A stretch of 64,000 bases of DNA from an uncultured Pelagibacteraceae bacterium. GTDB taxonomy: Bacteria; Pseudomonadota; Alphaproteobacteria; Pelagibacterales; Pelagibacteraceae. This document shows positions 18,816 to 29,300 of the stretch, one piece after another. Below the pieces are notes generated by a model. The model did no database searches and had not been told where the DNA came from. It saw only the letters and a list, made by a program, of their open reading frames with translations. A program made the position numbers and the translations under genes. Position 1 is the first letter of the stretch; the number at the start of each line of letters is the position of its first letter. Where the stretch lies: the NCBI GenBank assembly GCA_902600635.1, contig CACKKE010000001.1:15194-79193 (forward strand), given 5' to 3'.

Positions 18816-21800
18816 ATGAGCGAAAAACTATTAGTTCCTGATATAGGCGACTTTGAAAATGTAGAGGTCATTGAATTGCTTGTCAAAGAGGGGCAAAAAA
18901 TTGCTAAGAACGATCCAGTAGTTACTATAGAAAGTGATAAATCGAGTGTTGAAATACCTTCAACGTTATCAGGCATAATTGAGACAATAAAAGTTAAAGT
19001 AGGTGATAAAGTTTCAAAAGGTGATTTAATTTTGAATATTTTAGGGTCAAATGAAGAACATTCTACAACAAAAACTATTCCAAAAGACACAGAAAATTTG
19101 ATTAAAGAAGCAGAAAAATCATTAGAAAAAAAACAAGAGCAAATCATCCATACAAATAATATTGAGAGAAAAAAATCAGAAATAATTCAAGTAGTTAATG
19201 ACAGCGATATTGATCCATTAGAAACTAGTGAATGGTTAGAATCACTTACTGCAGTAATTGAAAAAGATGGAAATCAAAGAGCCCATTATTTAATAAAGGA
19301 ATTAATTAATAAAGCTTATATGGAGGGTGCAAATATTCCCTACACACAAAACACACCCTATATAAATACAATTCCAGTAAATGAGGAGAAAAAATCAAAT
19401 GGTGATCAAAATATTGAAAGAAGAATTCGGTCATTGATAAGATGGAATTCTGCAGCAATGGTAGTTCGTGCAAATAAAAAATTTCCTGAACTTGGAGGAC
19501 ATATTGGAACATTTGCATCCGCGGCTACACTTTATGATGTAGGAATGAATCATTTTTGGAGAGCAAAAAATAATAAATTTGGAGGAGACTTAATTTATTT
19601 TCAAGGACATAGCGCTCCAGGTATGTACGCAAGAGCATTTCTTGAGGGGAGATTAAATGAAAAACAATTAGATAGTTTTAGACAAGAAGTTAATCCAGGA
19701 GGTTTATCATCTTATCCACATCCTTGGTTGATGCCAAACTTTTGGCAATTTCCAACAGTCTCAATGGGTTTAGGACCAATGTTAGCTATATATCAAGCAA
19801 GATATATGAAATATTTAATTAACAGGGGTTTAATCAAAGATGAGGGACGAAAAGTTTGGGCTTTCTTAGGAGATGGGGAAATGGACGAGCCAGAGTCTTT
19901 AGGGGCAATTGGTTTAGCAGCAAGAGAAAAATTAGATAATCTAATATTCGTGATCAATTGTAACCTTCAAAGATTGGACGGACCTGTGAGGGGTAATGGA
20001 AAAATCATACAAGAATTAGAGGGTATTTTTAGAGGAGCTGGATGGAATGTTATTAAAGTAATTTGGGGTTCTTATTGGGATCCGCTATTGGCTAACGATA
20101 AAACTGGTCATTTAATTAAAGTTATGAATGAAACTGTTGATGGTGAATATCAAGCAATGAAAGCAAGAGATGGAGCTTATGTGCGAGAAAAGTTTTTTGG
20201 TAAGTATCCTGAGACTAAAGAGTTAATCTCAAGCCTTTCAGACAAAGATATATGGAGATTAAATAGAGGTGGACATGATCCTCACAAAGTTTTTGCAGCT
20301 TACGATAAAGCCTCAAAAAATATTGGAAGCCCAACAGTTGTAATTGCTAAAACTATTAAGGGTTATGGAATGGGCAAAAGTGGTGAGAGTGTAAATACAA
20401 CACATCAAACTAAAAAATTAGATATAGACGATTTGATGTATTACAGAGACAGGTTTGATGTTCCTCTAACTGATAAACAGGTACAAAATATTGAGTATTA
20501 TAAGCCAGACCAAAACTCACCTGAAATAAAATATATTAAAGAAAGAAGACTTCAGTTGGGAGGATTTATCCCAGAAAGAACTACGTATGCAAAACCTATT
20601 AAAGCTCCCCCAAAAACTATTTTTGACAATATGAAAGAATCAACAGGTCAAAAAGAAATGTCTACTACGATGGCATTAGTAAGAATGCTTACCAATCTTC
20701 TTAGAGATAAAAATGTTGCTTCAAGATTAGTACCAATTATTCCTGATGAGGCGAGAACATTTGGTATGGAGGGTTTTTTTCAAAAAATCGGTATTTATGC
20801 TCATGAGGGACAAAAATATGAACCTGAGGACTCGGCGCAATTAAGTTCATATAGAGAAGAAAAAAGTGGACAAGTTTTAGAGGAAGGAATTAACGAGGCA
20901 GGGGCAATGTCTTCATGGATTGCTGCAGGTACTTCTTACACAAATCATGATATTGAAATGATCCCTATCTATCTTTTTTACTCAATGTTTGGTTTTCAGA
21001 GGATAGGCGACTTTGCTTGGGCAGGGGCAGACAGTCAATCAAGAGGATTTTTAATTGGTGCTACTGCTGGGAGAACAACTTTGGCAGGAGAAGGTTTACA
21101 ACATCAAGACGGACACAGTCATTTAATGGCATCAACTATTCCAAACTGTAAGTCTTATGATCCAACATTTCATTATGAACTTGCAACAATCTTTAGAGAA
21201 GGATTGAAAAGAATGCATGAGAAAAAAGAAAATATTTTTTATTACATTACAACAATGAACGAAAATTATCCTCATCCTGCTATGCCAACTGAAAAATCAT
21301 GTGAAGAAGGCATTTTAAAAGGAATGTACAAAATTAAAGAATTTAACAAATATAAAAAAACTAAAATTCAATTTCTAGGATCAGGCACAATTTTAAGAGA
21401 AATGATAGCTGGTGCTGAGATTCTACAAAAGGAATATCAAATTGATAGTGAAGTTTGGAGCGTAACTAGTTTTAATGAATTAAGAAGAGATGGCTTAGAG
21501 GTTGAAAGGTATAATTTATTAAATCCTGAAAAAGAACCAAAAAAATCATATGTTGAAAGCTGTTTAGGTAAAACTGAAGGTCCAATTTTGGCTGCATCAG
21601 ATTATATGAGGATGAATTCAGACCAAATTAGACCTTATATTAATAAGAGCTTTTATTCGTTAGGAACAGATGGATTTGGTCGAAGTGATACCAGAAAAAA
21701 TTTGAGGAAGTTCTTTGAGGTTGATAAAGAACATGTCGTTGCATATGGACTAAGTGTTTTAGCTAAAGAACAATTAATTGCATCTAAATATGCTCAAGAG

Positions 21801-21854
21801 GCAATAAAGAAGTATCAAATTGATAAAGATAAACCAATGCCGACAAAATTATAA
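18816..21854 (+). CDS. aceE: Pyruvate dehydrogenase E1 (homodimeric AceE type) with N-terminal lipoyl domain
   Basis: N-terminal ESDKSSVEI lipoyl motif; DIDPLETSEWLESL, GDGEMDEPES TPP motif, LQHQDGHS. Confidence 0.95.
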   Translation: MSEKLLVPDIGDFENVEVIELLVKEGQKIAKNDPVVTIESDKSSVEIPSTLSGIIETIKVKVGDKVSKGDLILNILGSNEEHSTTKTIPKDTENLIKEAEKSLEKKQEQIIHTNNIERKKSEIIQVVNDSDIDPLETSEWLESLTAVIEKDGNQRAHYLIKELINKAYMEGANIPYTQNTPYINTIPVNEEKKSNGDQNIERRIRSLIRWNSAAMVVRANKKFPELGGHIGTFASAATLYDVGMNHFWRAKNNKFGGDLIYFQGHSAPGMYARAFLEGRLNEKQLDSFRQEVNPGGLSSYPHPWLMPNFWQFPTVSMGLGPMLAIYQARYMKYLINRGLIKDEGRKVWAFLGDGEMDEPESLGAIGLAAREKLDNLIFVINCNLQRLDGPVRGNGKIIQELEGIFRGAGWNVIKVIWGSYWDPLLANDKTGHLIKVMNETVDGEYQAMKARDGAYVREKFFGKYPETKELISSLSDKDIWRLNRGGHDPHKVFAAYDKASKNIGSPTVVIAKTIKGYGMGKSGESVNTTHQTKKLDIDDLMYYRDRFDVPLTDKQVQNIEYYKPDQNSPEIKYIKERRLQLGGFIPERTTYAKPIKAPPKTIFDNMKESTGQKEMSTTMALVRMLTNLLRDKNVASRLVPIIPDEARTFGMEGFFQKIGIYAHEGQKYEPEDSAQLSSYREEKSGQVLEEGINEAGAMSSWIAAGTSYTNHDIEMIPIYLFYSMFGFQRIGDFAWAGADSQSRGFLIGATAGRTTLAGEGLQHQDGHSHLMASTIPNCKSYDPTFHYELATIFREGLKRMHEKKENIFYYITTMNENYPHPAMPTEKSCEEGILKGMYKIKEFNKYKKTKIQFLGSGTILREMIAGAEILQKEYQIDSEVWSVTSFNELRRDGLEVERYNLLNPEKEPKKSYVESCLGKTEGPILAASDYMRMNSDQIRPYINKSFYSLGTDGFGRSDTRKNLRKFFEVDKEHVVAYGLSVLAKEQLIASKYAQEAIKKYQIDKDKPMPTKL

Positions 21855-23119
21855 TGTCAAAGAAAGATATAAAAGTTCCAAATATTGGTGAATTCAAAGA
21901 TGTGGAAGTCATCGAAGTTTTAATTAAAAAAGGTCAAAAAATAAAAAAGAATGATCCACTGATAACCATAGAAAGTGATAAATCAAGTGTGGAAATACCA
22001 TCTTCTGATGATGGAACCATAATTTCTTTGAATGTTAAAGTTGGAGACAAGGTATCGGAAGGTGATAAAATTATTGAAATTGAAAGTGAGAAAGAAATAA
22101 AAGAAATAAGTGCTCAAGAATTACCAAAAAGTCAATTACCAAAAGAAATAAAAAAAAATGATGTAAAAAAAACCAATGAGTCTGAAAATATAATAGTTAA
22201 AGATTTTTCTACAAAAGCTTCTGCTTCACCAAAAGTTAGAAAATTTGCGAGAGAACTTGGGGTTAATATCAACAAAGTCCCAGGTAGTGAAAGACAAGGT
22301 AGGGTTACCGAGAGTGATGTAAAGTTATTTGTTGCAACTAAATCTGATAAAAGTTTCAAAGATCAAAATACAACTGAACAAAAAATTGAACTAGAGTATT
22401 CCCATTCAGATTTTGGAGAAGTAGATATTAAAGACATTCCCAGAGTGAAAAAGTTGTCGTCTAAATATTTAATGAACTCTTGGACAAAAATTCCTCACGT
22501 AACCAATCATGATGAAGCTGATATAACCGAATTAGAGGAATTTAGAACTTCTCTTACAGACGTATATACTGGTGAAAAAAAAAAAATTACACCATTAGCT
22601 TTCATCGTAAAAGCATTAACAACATCATTAAAAAAATTCCCAAATTTTAATACCTCAATCGATCAAATTGAAAACGGTAAAATGACTGTTAAAAAGTATT
22701 ATCATGTTGGCATAGCAGTGGATACACCACATGGTTTGATGGTTCCTAAATTAAGAAACGCAGATAATAAAAATATTTCTTTAATAAGCACAGAATTAAA
22801 AAAAATCAGTCAGCAATGTAGAGATCTTAAAATTGATAAAAAAGAGTTATTTGGAGGTTCTATGACGATAACAAGCCTAGGGGGAATCGGGGGATCTTTT
22901 TTTACCCCAATTATAAATTATCCTGAAGTTGCTATTTTAGGAGTAGGAAGAGCTGAAAAAAAACAAGTATTCATGGATGGAAAATTTGTAACGCGCACTA
23001 TGTTGCCACTTTCACTATCTTATGATCATAGAATTATTGATGGTGCGGAGGCAGCTCGATTTAATAATGATTTAAAAGAAAATCTTGGTAAAAATTTTGC
23101 TTATAAGTTAGCTGTTTGA
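21854..23119 (+). CDS. aceF: Dihydrolipoamide acetyltransferase E2
   Basis: One lipoyl domain (ESDKSSVEI), ASPKVRKFARELG binding domain, DHRIIDGA. Confidence 0.93.
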   Translation: MSKKDIKVPNIGEFKDVEVIEVLIKKGQKIKKNDPLITIESDKSSVEIPSSDDGTIISLNVKVGDKVSEGDKIIEIESEKEIKEISAQELPKSQLPKEIKKNDVKKTNESENIIVKDFSTKASASPKVRKFARELGVNINKVPGSERQGRVTESDVKLFVATKSDKSFKDQNTTEQKIELEYSHSDFGEVDIKDIPRVKKLSSKYLMNSWTKIPHVTNHDEADITELEEFRTSLTDVYTGEKKKITPLAFIVKALTTSLKKFPNFNTSIDQIENGKMTVKKYYHVGIAVDTPHGLMVPKLRNADNKNISLISTELKKISQQCRDLKIDKKELFGGSMTITSLGGIGGSFFTPIINYPEVAILGVGRAEKKQVFMDGKFVTRTMLPLSLSYDHRIIDGAEAARFNNDLKENLGKNFAYKLAV

Positions 23120-23127
23120 TAAAAATT

Positions 23128-24024
23128 ATGTCTAAAAGCGTTTCATTGTTAAGTGCTTTGTTGTGTACATTTATTTGGGGAACTACGTTTATTGCTCAAG
23201 ACACTGGCATGGATGATATTGGTCCGTTTACATTTAATGCAGTAAGATTTTTTGTGGGTTTTTTGGCAATTCTACCTTTAGCATTATTATTTGAGACTAA
23301 AAAATTTAAATTAGAATTTAAAACTGGTTTTAGATACTTTGCTATTCTATCTTTTTTAATAGGATTATCATTATTTTTAGGATCGGCATTGCAGCAAGTA
23401 GCTCTGCTTTACACAGATGTAGCTAATGCTGCTTTCTTTACGATTTTTTATGTTCCGATGGTACCAATTATTATTTTTATATTTAAGAGAGACTCATTGC
23501 ATTGGAGTGTATGGCCTTCAGTTATTTTATGTTTAATTGGCGGATATCTTTTAACTAATTTTTATGATGCTACAGTTAGACTTGGAGACACATTGGTCAT
23601 CCTTGGAGCATTATTCTGGAGCACACATATCATATTTACTGGAATGATTGTTAAAACATATAACTTACCTTTAACATTAGGTGCAATCCAAACTTTATTA
23701 GTGGCTTTATTTTCTTTTATTATTGGTTTGATTTATGAAGAATTTGTAATTGAAAATATTCTCAACGAGATAGACTCTATACTCTATGCAGGAATTTTAT
23801 CAGGTGGATTTGCATTCGTTTTACAAATTTACGCTCAAAAAAACATAACACCTGCACCAGCAGCCATAATTTTTTCATTAGAAGGTGTATTTGCAACTAT
23901 CGCAGCATGGGTTTTATTAAGTCAAATTTTAGATTTTAATAATATATTAGGGTGCTTGTTCATATTGTGTGGTGTTTTAATTTCTCAATTATTACCCTTG
24001 ATGAGGAAAATAAATTATCAATAA
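23128..24024 (+). CDS. DMT/EamA-family transporter
   Basis: IWGTTF, about 10 TM helices, two EamA repeats. Confidence 0.85.
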   Translation: MSKSVSLLSALLCTFIWGTTFIAQDTGMDDIGPFTFNAVRFFVGFLAILPLALLFETKKFKLEFKTGFRYFAILSFLIGLSLFLGSALQQVALLYTDVANAAFFTIFYVPMVPIIIFIFKRDSLHWSVWPSVILCLIGGYLLTNFYDATVRLGDTLVILGALFWSTHIIFTGMIVKTYNLPLTLGAIQTLLVALFSFIIGLIYEEFVIENILNEIDSILYAGILSGGFAFVLQIYAQKNITPAPAAIIFSLEGVFATIAAWVLLSQILDFNNILGCLFILCGVLISQLLPLMRKINYQ

Positions 24025-24771
24025 TAAAACTAAAGCAATAATAATTCTATAAATTACGAACACCGTTAAAGAAAAATTCCTAACATATCTTATAAAATAT
24101 TTGACTGTGATAAATGAGAAAATAAAAGAAAGAGTAACTGCAATTAATAATAAATAATTAAATTCAGTAGACTGTTGTACAGCATCTTGAAGACCTAAAA
24201 AACTTGCCCCTGCTAACGCGGGTATAGATAATAAAAAGGCGATTTTGCTTGAGTCAACTCTGTTAAATTTTAGAAATCGAGCTGCTGTTAAAGTTATTCC
24301 TGCTCTACTCACACCAGGTATGAGTGCTAAAATTTGAAATAAACCTATGAATAATATTGATTTTATATTTAAGTTGGTTGATATATTTTGATCAGTATCT
24401 CTTTTATCTGATAAAAATAAGATTAAACCAAAAAATAGTGTTGTCCATGCAATAATTTTTATATTTCTTAGAAGATTAATTATTTCGATCGAATATATTA
24501 TATATCCAAAAATTATAAGAGGTATTGATCCGACTAAAATCAAAACCAATAGTTTTTGATTTTTTCTTAAATTTAGTAAATCTTTTTTAAAGTAATAGAT
24601 TATTGCAAATAAAGAACCCAAGTGCAGACCAATATCAATGAATAAAGAGCTTGAGCTAAAATCATAAAAATTTGATATTAAGATCAGATGGGCCGAAGAG
24701 CTAATAGGTAAAAATTCAGAAATTCCTTGGACTGCAGAAAGAATTAGTATTTCTATAAAATCTTGAAGCAT
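23992..24771 (-). CDS. uppP: Undecaprenyl-diphosphate phosphatase
   Basis: QGISEFLPISSSAH and PGVSRAG motifs. Confidence 0.95.
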   Translation of the reverse strand: MLQDFIEILILSAVQGISEFLPISSSAHLILISNFYDFSSSSLFIDIGLHLGSLFAIIYYFKKDLLNLRKNQKLLVLILVGSIPLIIFGYIIYSIEIINLLRNIKIIAWTTLFFGLILFLSDKRDTDQNISTNLNIKSILFIGLFQILALIPGVSRAGITLTAARFLKFNRVDSSKIAFLLSIPALAGASFLGLQDAVQQSTEFNYLLLIAVTLSFIFSFITVKYFIRYVRNFSLTVFVIYRIIIALVLLLIIYFPHQG

Positions 24772-24954
24772 AAAGATGTCGTAACTTAAAAAATATTCAT
24801 TTTAAACAATTCGATTTAATCATAATAGGTATGCAAAAAATAAATTTCTTACATTTTATGCTAAATAGCGTTAATTATAGGTCATAATTATTGACCTAAA
24901 TAATACTTTTATTAATAAAAACAATGTATAATTTGCCCAAAATTTATAGATTCT

Positions 24955-26394
24955 ATGACTGATAAAATGTTAAAATTTGTGAAAATAGGTCAACAAACTC
25001 CACCTAAAAGAAAGATTGGTACACGAAAAGAGGATTTTAATGAGATCTATGACGAGTTTGTAACTAAAAAAGCTGAAGAACAATCAAGCAGATGTTCTCA
25101 ATGTGGAGTTCCATTTTGCCAAGTACATTGTCCCTTAAGTAACAATATTCCAGATTGGTTAAAACTTACAGCTGAGGGAAGATTAAAAGAGGCCTACGAA
25201 TTATCTCAAAGCACTAACAATATGCCAGAGGTGTGTGGAAGAATTTGTCCTCAGGACAGATTGTGTGAGGGTAACTGCGTTATTGAGCAATCAGGACATG
25301 GAACAGTTACTATTGGTTCAGTTGAGAAATATATTAATGATAAAGCATGGGAACAAGGCTGGGTTAAACCAATTTCTCTAAAATATGAAAAAGACCAAAG
25401 CGTTGGAATAATTGGTGCCGGTCCCGCAGGATTGGCAGCCGCTGAGCAGCTAAGGAAAAATGGATATAAAATTACTGTTTATGATCGATATGATCGCGCA
25501 GGTGGATTATTAATTTATGGAATTCCAAATTTTAAACTTGAAAAACATGTAGTTGAGCGAAGAACAAAGTTGTTAAAGGATGGTGGGATAAAATTTATTC
25601 AAAATTTTGAAGTTGGTAAAGATGCAACTCTAGAACAGTTGCGAAAAAAACATGATGCAATTTTAATAGCGACGGGTGTATATAAACCAAGAGAAGTTGA
25701 ATTACCTGGTAATGATTTAGGTAATATTTTTCCCGCTATGGAGTTTTTGACAGCGTCAAATAAAAAAGGCCTAGGAGATAAAGTAGAGTTATTTGATAAA
25801 GGAATTTTAAACGCTGAGGGAAAAGATGTTGTCGTGATAGGTGGTGGTGACACAGCAATGGATTGTGTAAGAACTTCAGTAAGACAAAAAGCAAAGTCGG
25901 TAAAATGTTTATATAGAAGAGATAAAGAAAATATGCCTGGATCTGCTAGAGAAGTTGCAAATGCTGAGGAAGAGGGTGTAGAATTTGTTTGGCTTTCTAG
26001 TCCAAAAGAATTTAAGGGAAAAAATAAAATCGAAAATTTAGTTGTTAATCAAATTGAATTAGGTGAGCCAGATGAGTCAGGAAGACGAAAACCAGAAATT
26101 AAAGAAGGTTCAGAATTTATGGTGAAAGCCGATATGGTAATCAAAGCTCTTGGATTTGATCCAGAAAATTTACCATTATTATTTGATGCACAAGAGTTAC
26201 AAGTAACAAAATGGGGAACAATTAAAACTGATTTCAATACGATGGAAACAAATCTAAAAGGTGTTTTTGCTGCAGGAGATATTGTAAGAGGAGCGTCGTT
26301 AGTAGTATGGGCAATCAAAGATGGGAGAGATGCAGCTTCTTCTATGAAAACATATTTAGAAAATATGCAATTAAAAAAAACAAAAGTAGCCTGA
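24955..26394 (+). CDS. gltD: Glutamate synthase small subunit
   Basis: CSQCGVPFC..CP, GRICPQDRLCEG, GAGPAG, GGGDTAMDC. Confidence 0.96.
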   Translation: MTDKMLKFVKIGQQTPPKRKIGTRKEDFNEIYDEFVTKKAEEQSSRCSQCGVPFCQVHCPLSNNIPDWLKLTAEGRLKEAYELSQSTNNMPEVCGRICPQDRLCEGNCVIEQSGHGTVTIGSVEKYINDKAWEQGWVKPISLKYEKDQSVGIIGAGPAGLAAAEQLRKNGYKITVYDRYDRAGGLLIYGIPNFKLEKHVVERRTKLLKDGGIKFIQNFEVGKDATLEQLRKKHDAILIATGVYKPREVELPGNDLGNIFPAMEFLTASNKKGLGDKVELFDKGILNAEGKDVVVIGGGDTAMDCVRTSVRQKAKSVKCLYRRDKENMPGSAREVANAEEEGVEFVWLSSPKEFKGKNKIENLVVNQIELGEPDESGRRKPEIKEGSEFMVKADMVIKALGFDPENLPLLFDAQELQVTKWGTIKTDFNTMETNLKGVFAAGDIVRGASLVVWAIKDGRDAASSMKTYLENMQLKKTKVA

Positions 26395-29300
26395 TGGAAA
26401 ATTATAAAAAAAATTTAGAGTTACTCACAAAAAATCATGTTTATTCAAAAGAAATGGAACACGATGCTTGTGGAGTTGGTTTAATCGCATCTACAGAAGG
26501 AAAAAAATCTAGGGCTATAGTTGAGTATGGAATTGAAGCTTTAAAAGCAGTTTGGCACAGAGGTGCCGTTGATGCAGATGGTAAAACTGGTGATGGAGCC
26601 GGAATACACGTTGAAATTCCGAAAGACTTTTTTATAGAAAAAATACAAGTTACCGGACACGATTATGATAATTCTGAAATCTGTGTAGGAATGATTTTTT
26701 TACCTAGAAATGACTATTCAGCGCAAGAGAGTTGCAAAACAATAGTTGAGAGTGAACTAACTAAAAATAATTTTAGTATATATGGTTGGCGACAAGTACC
26801 AGTAAATTCAAAAGTTTTAGGGGAAAAAGCTCTTCAAACCATGCCAGAAATCATACAAGTTCTTTTTAAACCTAATGATCCAAATTTATTAGATAAAAAC
26901 TTAGAGAGAAAAATTTATGAAACAAGAAAGAGAATTGAAAATAAAGCTTTTGATGCCTCATTGAATAATTTTTATATTTGTTCCATTAGTTCAAAATCTA
27001 TAATTTATAAAGGGCTATATTTAGCAGAGTCTTTATCTGACTTTTATTTAGATCTAAGAGATTCAAGATTTATTTCAAGATATGCAATTTTTCATCAAAG
27101 ATTTTCGACAAACACCGCACCGAGCTGGAGCTTAGCTCAACCATTTAGGGCCATAGCGCACAATGGTGAGATAAATACTTATAAAGGTAATAAAAACTGG
27201 ATGAAAGTTCACGAACAAGAAATGAGCAGCCCACTTTTCGAAGACATAGAAAATTTAAAACCAGTAATCCAAAAAGGTGTCTCTGACTCTGCAGCTTTAG
27301 ATAATGTATTTGAATTATTAAATAAATCAGGCCAATCCGCACCATTAGCTAAATTAATGCTAGTACCAGATGCATGGTCAAAAAAAAATAAGACATTATC
27401 AAAAAGTCATCAGCAATTATTTAATTTTTTAAATAGCACAATGGAACCATGGGATGGACCTGCTGCTATTGCTGCTACAGACAATGAATGGGTTATAGCT
27501 GCAAATGATAGAAATGGCCTTAGGCCTTTGAGATATGCCATTACAAAAGACAAAATGATCTTCGCAGGCTCAGAAACAGGAATGATTGATTTAAATGAAA
27601 AAAAAATTTTAACCAAGGGAAGACTTGGTCCTGGTGAAATTATCGGGGTTAGAATTGAAAAAGGTAAAGTTTTTTCTAATAGTCAAATAAAAGATTATTT
27701 GGCTAAAGAATTTAAACACTTCAATTCTCAAATAATTGATTTAGATGAAAAATTATCAATTTCAAATGAAAAACATAATTTTGATGGCGAAAGTTTAAGG
27801 AGAAGACAATATACTTTCGGAATAAGTTTAGAGGATTTAGAACTTATCTTACATCCAATGGCAGAAGATGCAAAAGAAGCAACAGGTTCCATGGGTGACG
27901 ATACCCCTTTAGCAGTGTTATCTGATAAGTATAGACCACTTTACCATTTTTTTAGACAAAATTTTAGCCAAGTAACTAATCCGCCAATTGACTCTTTAAG
28001 AGAAAATAAAGTGATGAGTTTAAAAACTAGATTTGGAAACTTAGGTAATATTCTTGATTTTGATACTTTAACTAAAGAGAATATTTATGTTTTAAATAGC
28101 CCTATTCTATCAAATTCACAATTTAATAAGTTCACTAATTTTTTTGGTAAAAATTCAGTAACTATTGATTGTTCATTTTCACAAGATGACAATTTAGAAA
28201 ATTCTATTAACAGGATCCAAAAAGAATCTGAAATTGCAGTAAGACAAGGTATTACCCAACTGATTTTAAGTGACAAAAATCTCTCATCTGAAAGATTGCC
28301 AATGCCTATGTTATTATGTGTCGGAGCCATAAACACATTTTTGATACAAAAAAAATTAAGAGGTTATGTTTCTATAAATGTTCAGTCTGGAGAGACTATA
28401 GATACTCATTCGTTTGCAACATTAATTGGAGTTGGAGCAACGACAGTAAATCCATATCTGGCTTTTGATAGTTTATATCAAAGATACGAAAAAAAACTTT
28501 TCGGCCAATTTAGTTTTGATGAGTGTGTACAACGCTACATTAATTCAGTTAATGCTGGTTTATTGAAGATAATGTCAAAAATGGGGATTTCAGTTTTAAG
28601 TTCTTACAGAGGTGGATGTAATTTTGAAACAGTAGGATTAAGCAGAACAGTTGTAAATGAATACTTTCCTGGAGTTACCTCTAAAATTTCAGGTATTGGT
28701 TTAGTTGGAATTGAAAAAAAAATAAGAGAAATTCATAAAGAAGCATTTGAAAGTACAGAAACTATATTGCCAATTGGAGGTATTTATAGATATAGGAAAA
28801 ACGGAGAAACACATCAATATCAAGGAAAGCTAATTCATTTATTACAAAGTGCTGTAGGCTCAAATTCATATGAAGCATATAAAAAATATGCTGATGGTAT
28901 ATATAGTTTACCACCAATAAATTTGAGGGATCTAGTTGATTTTAGAAAAAAAAAATTGGGCCCATCAATTAACTTATCAGAAGTTGAACCAATAGAAAAA
29001 ATATTAAAAAGATTTGGTAGTGGAAGCATGTCCCACGGTGCTTTATCTAAAGAAGCGCATGAAACACTCGCTATTGGAATGAATAGAATTAAAGGTGCTT
29101 CTTGTAGTGGTGAAGGTGGAGAAGATGCAGAAAGATTTAAGGTGATGGATAGTGGTGATAGTGCAAATTCTAGAGTTAAACAAATTGCATCTGCAAGATT
29201 TGGTGTGACTGTAAATTACTTGAATAATTGTAATGAAATAGAAATTAAAATGGCACAAGGCGCTAAACCAGGAGAAGGTGGTCAGTTACCTGGCTTTAAA

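Noticed and set aside
26307-26393. N-terminal extension of GltB in the ORF track
   Set aside because: It overlaps gltD. The ATG at 26394 coupled to the gltD stop is the more plausible start.
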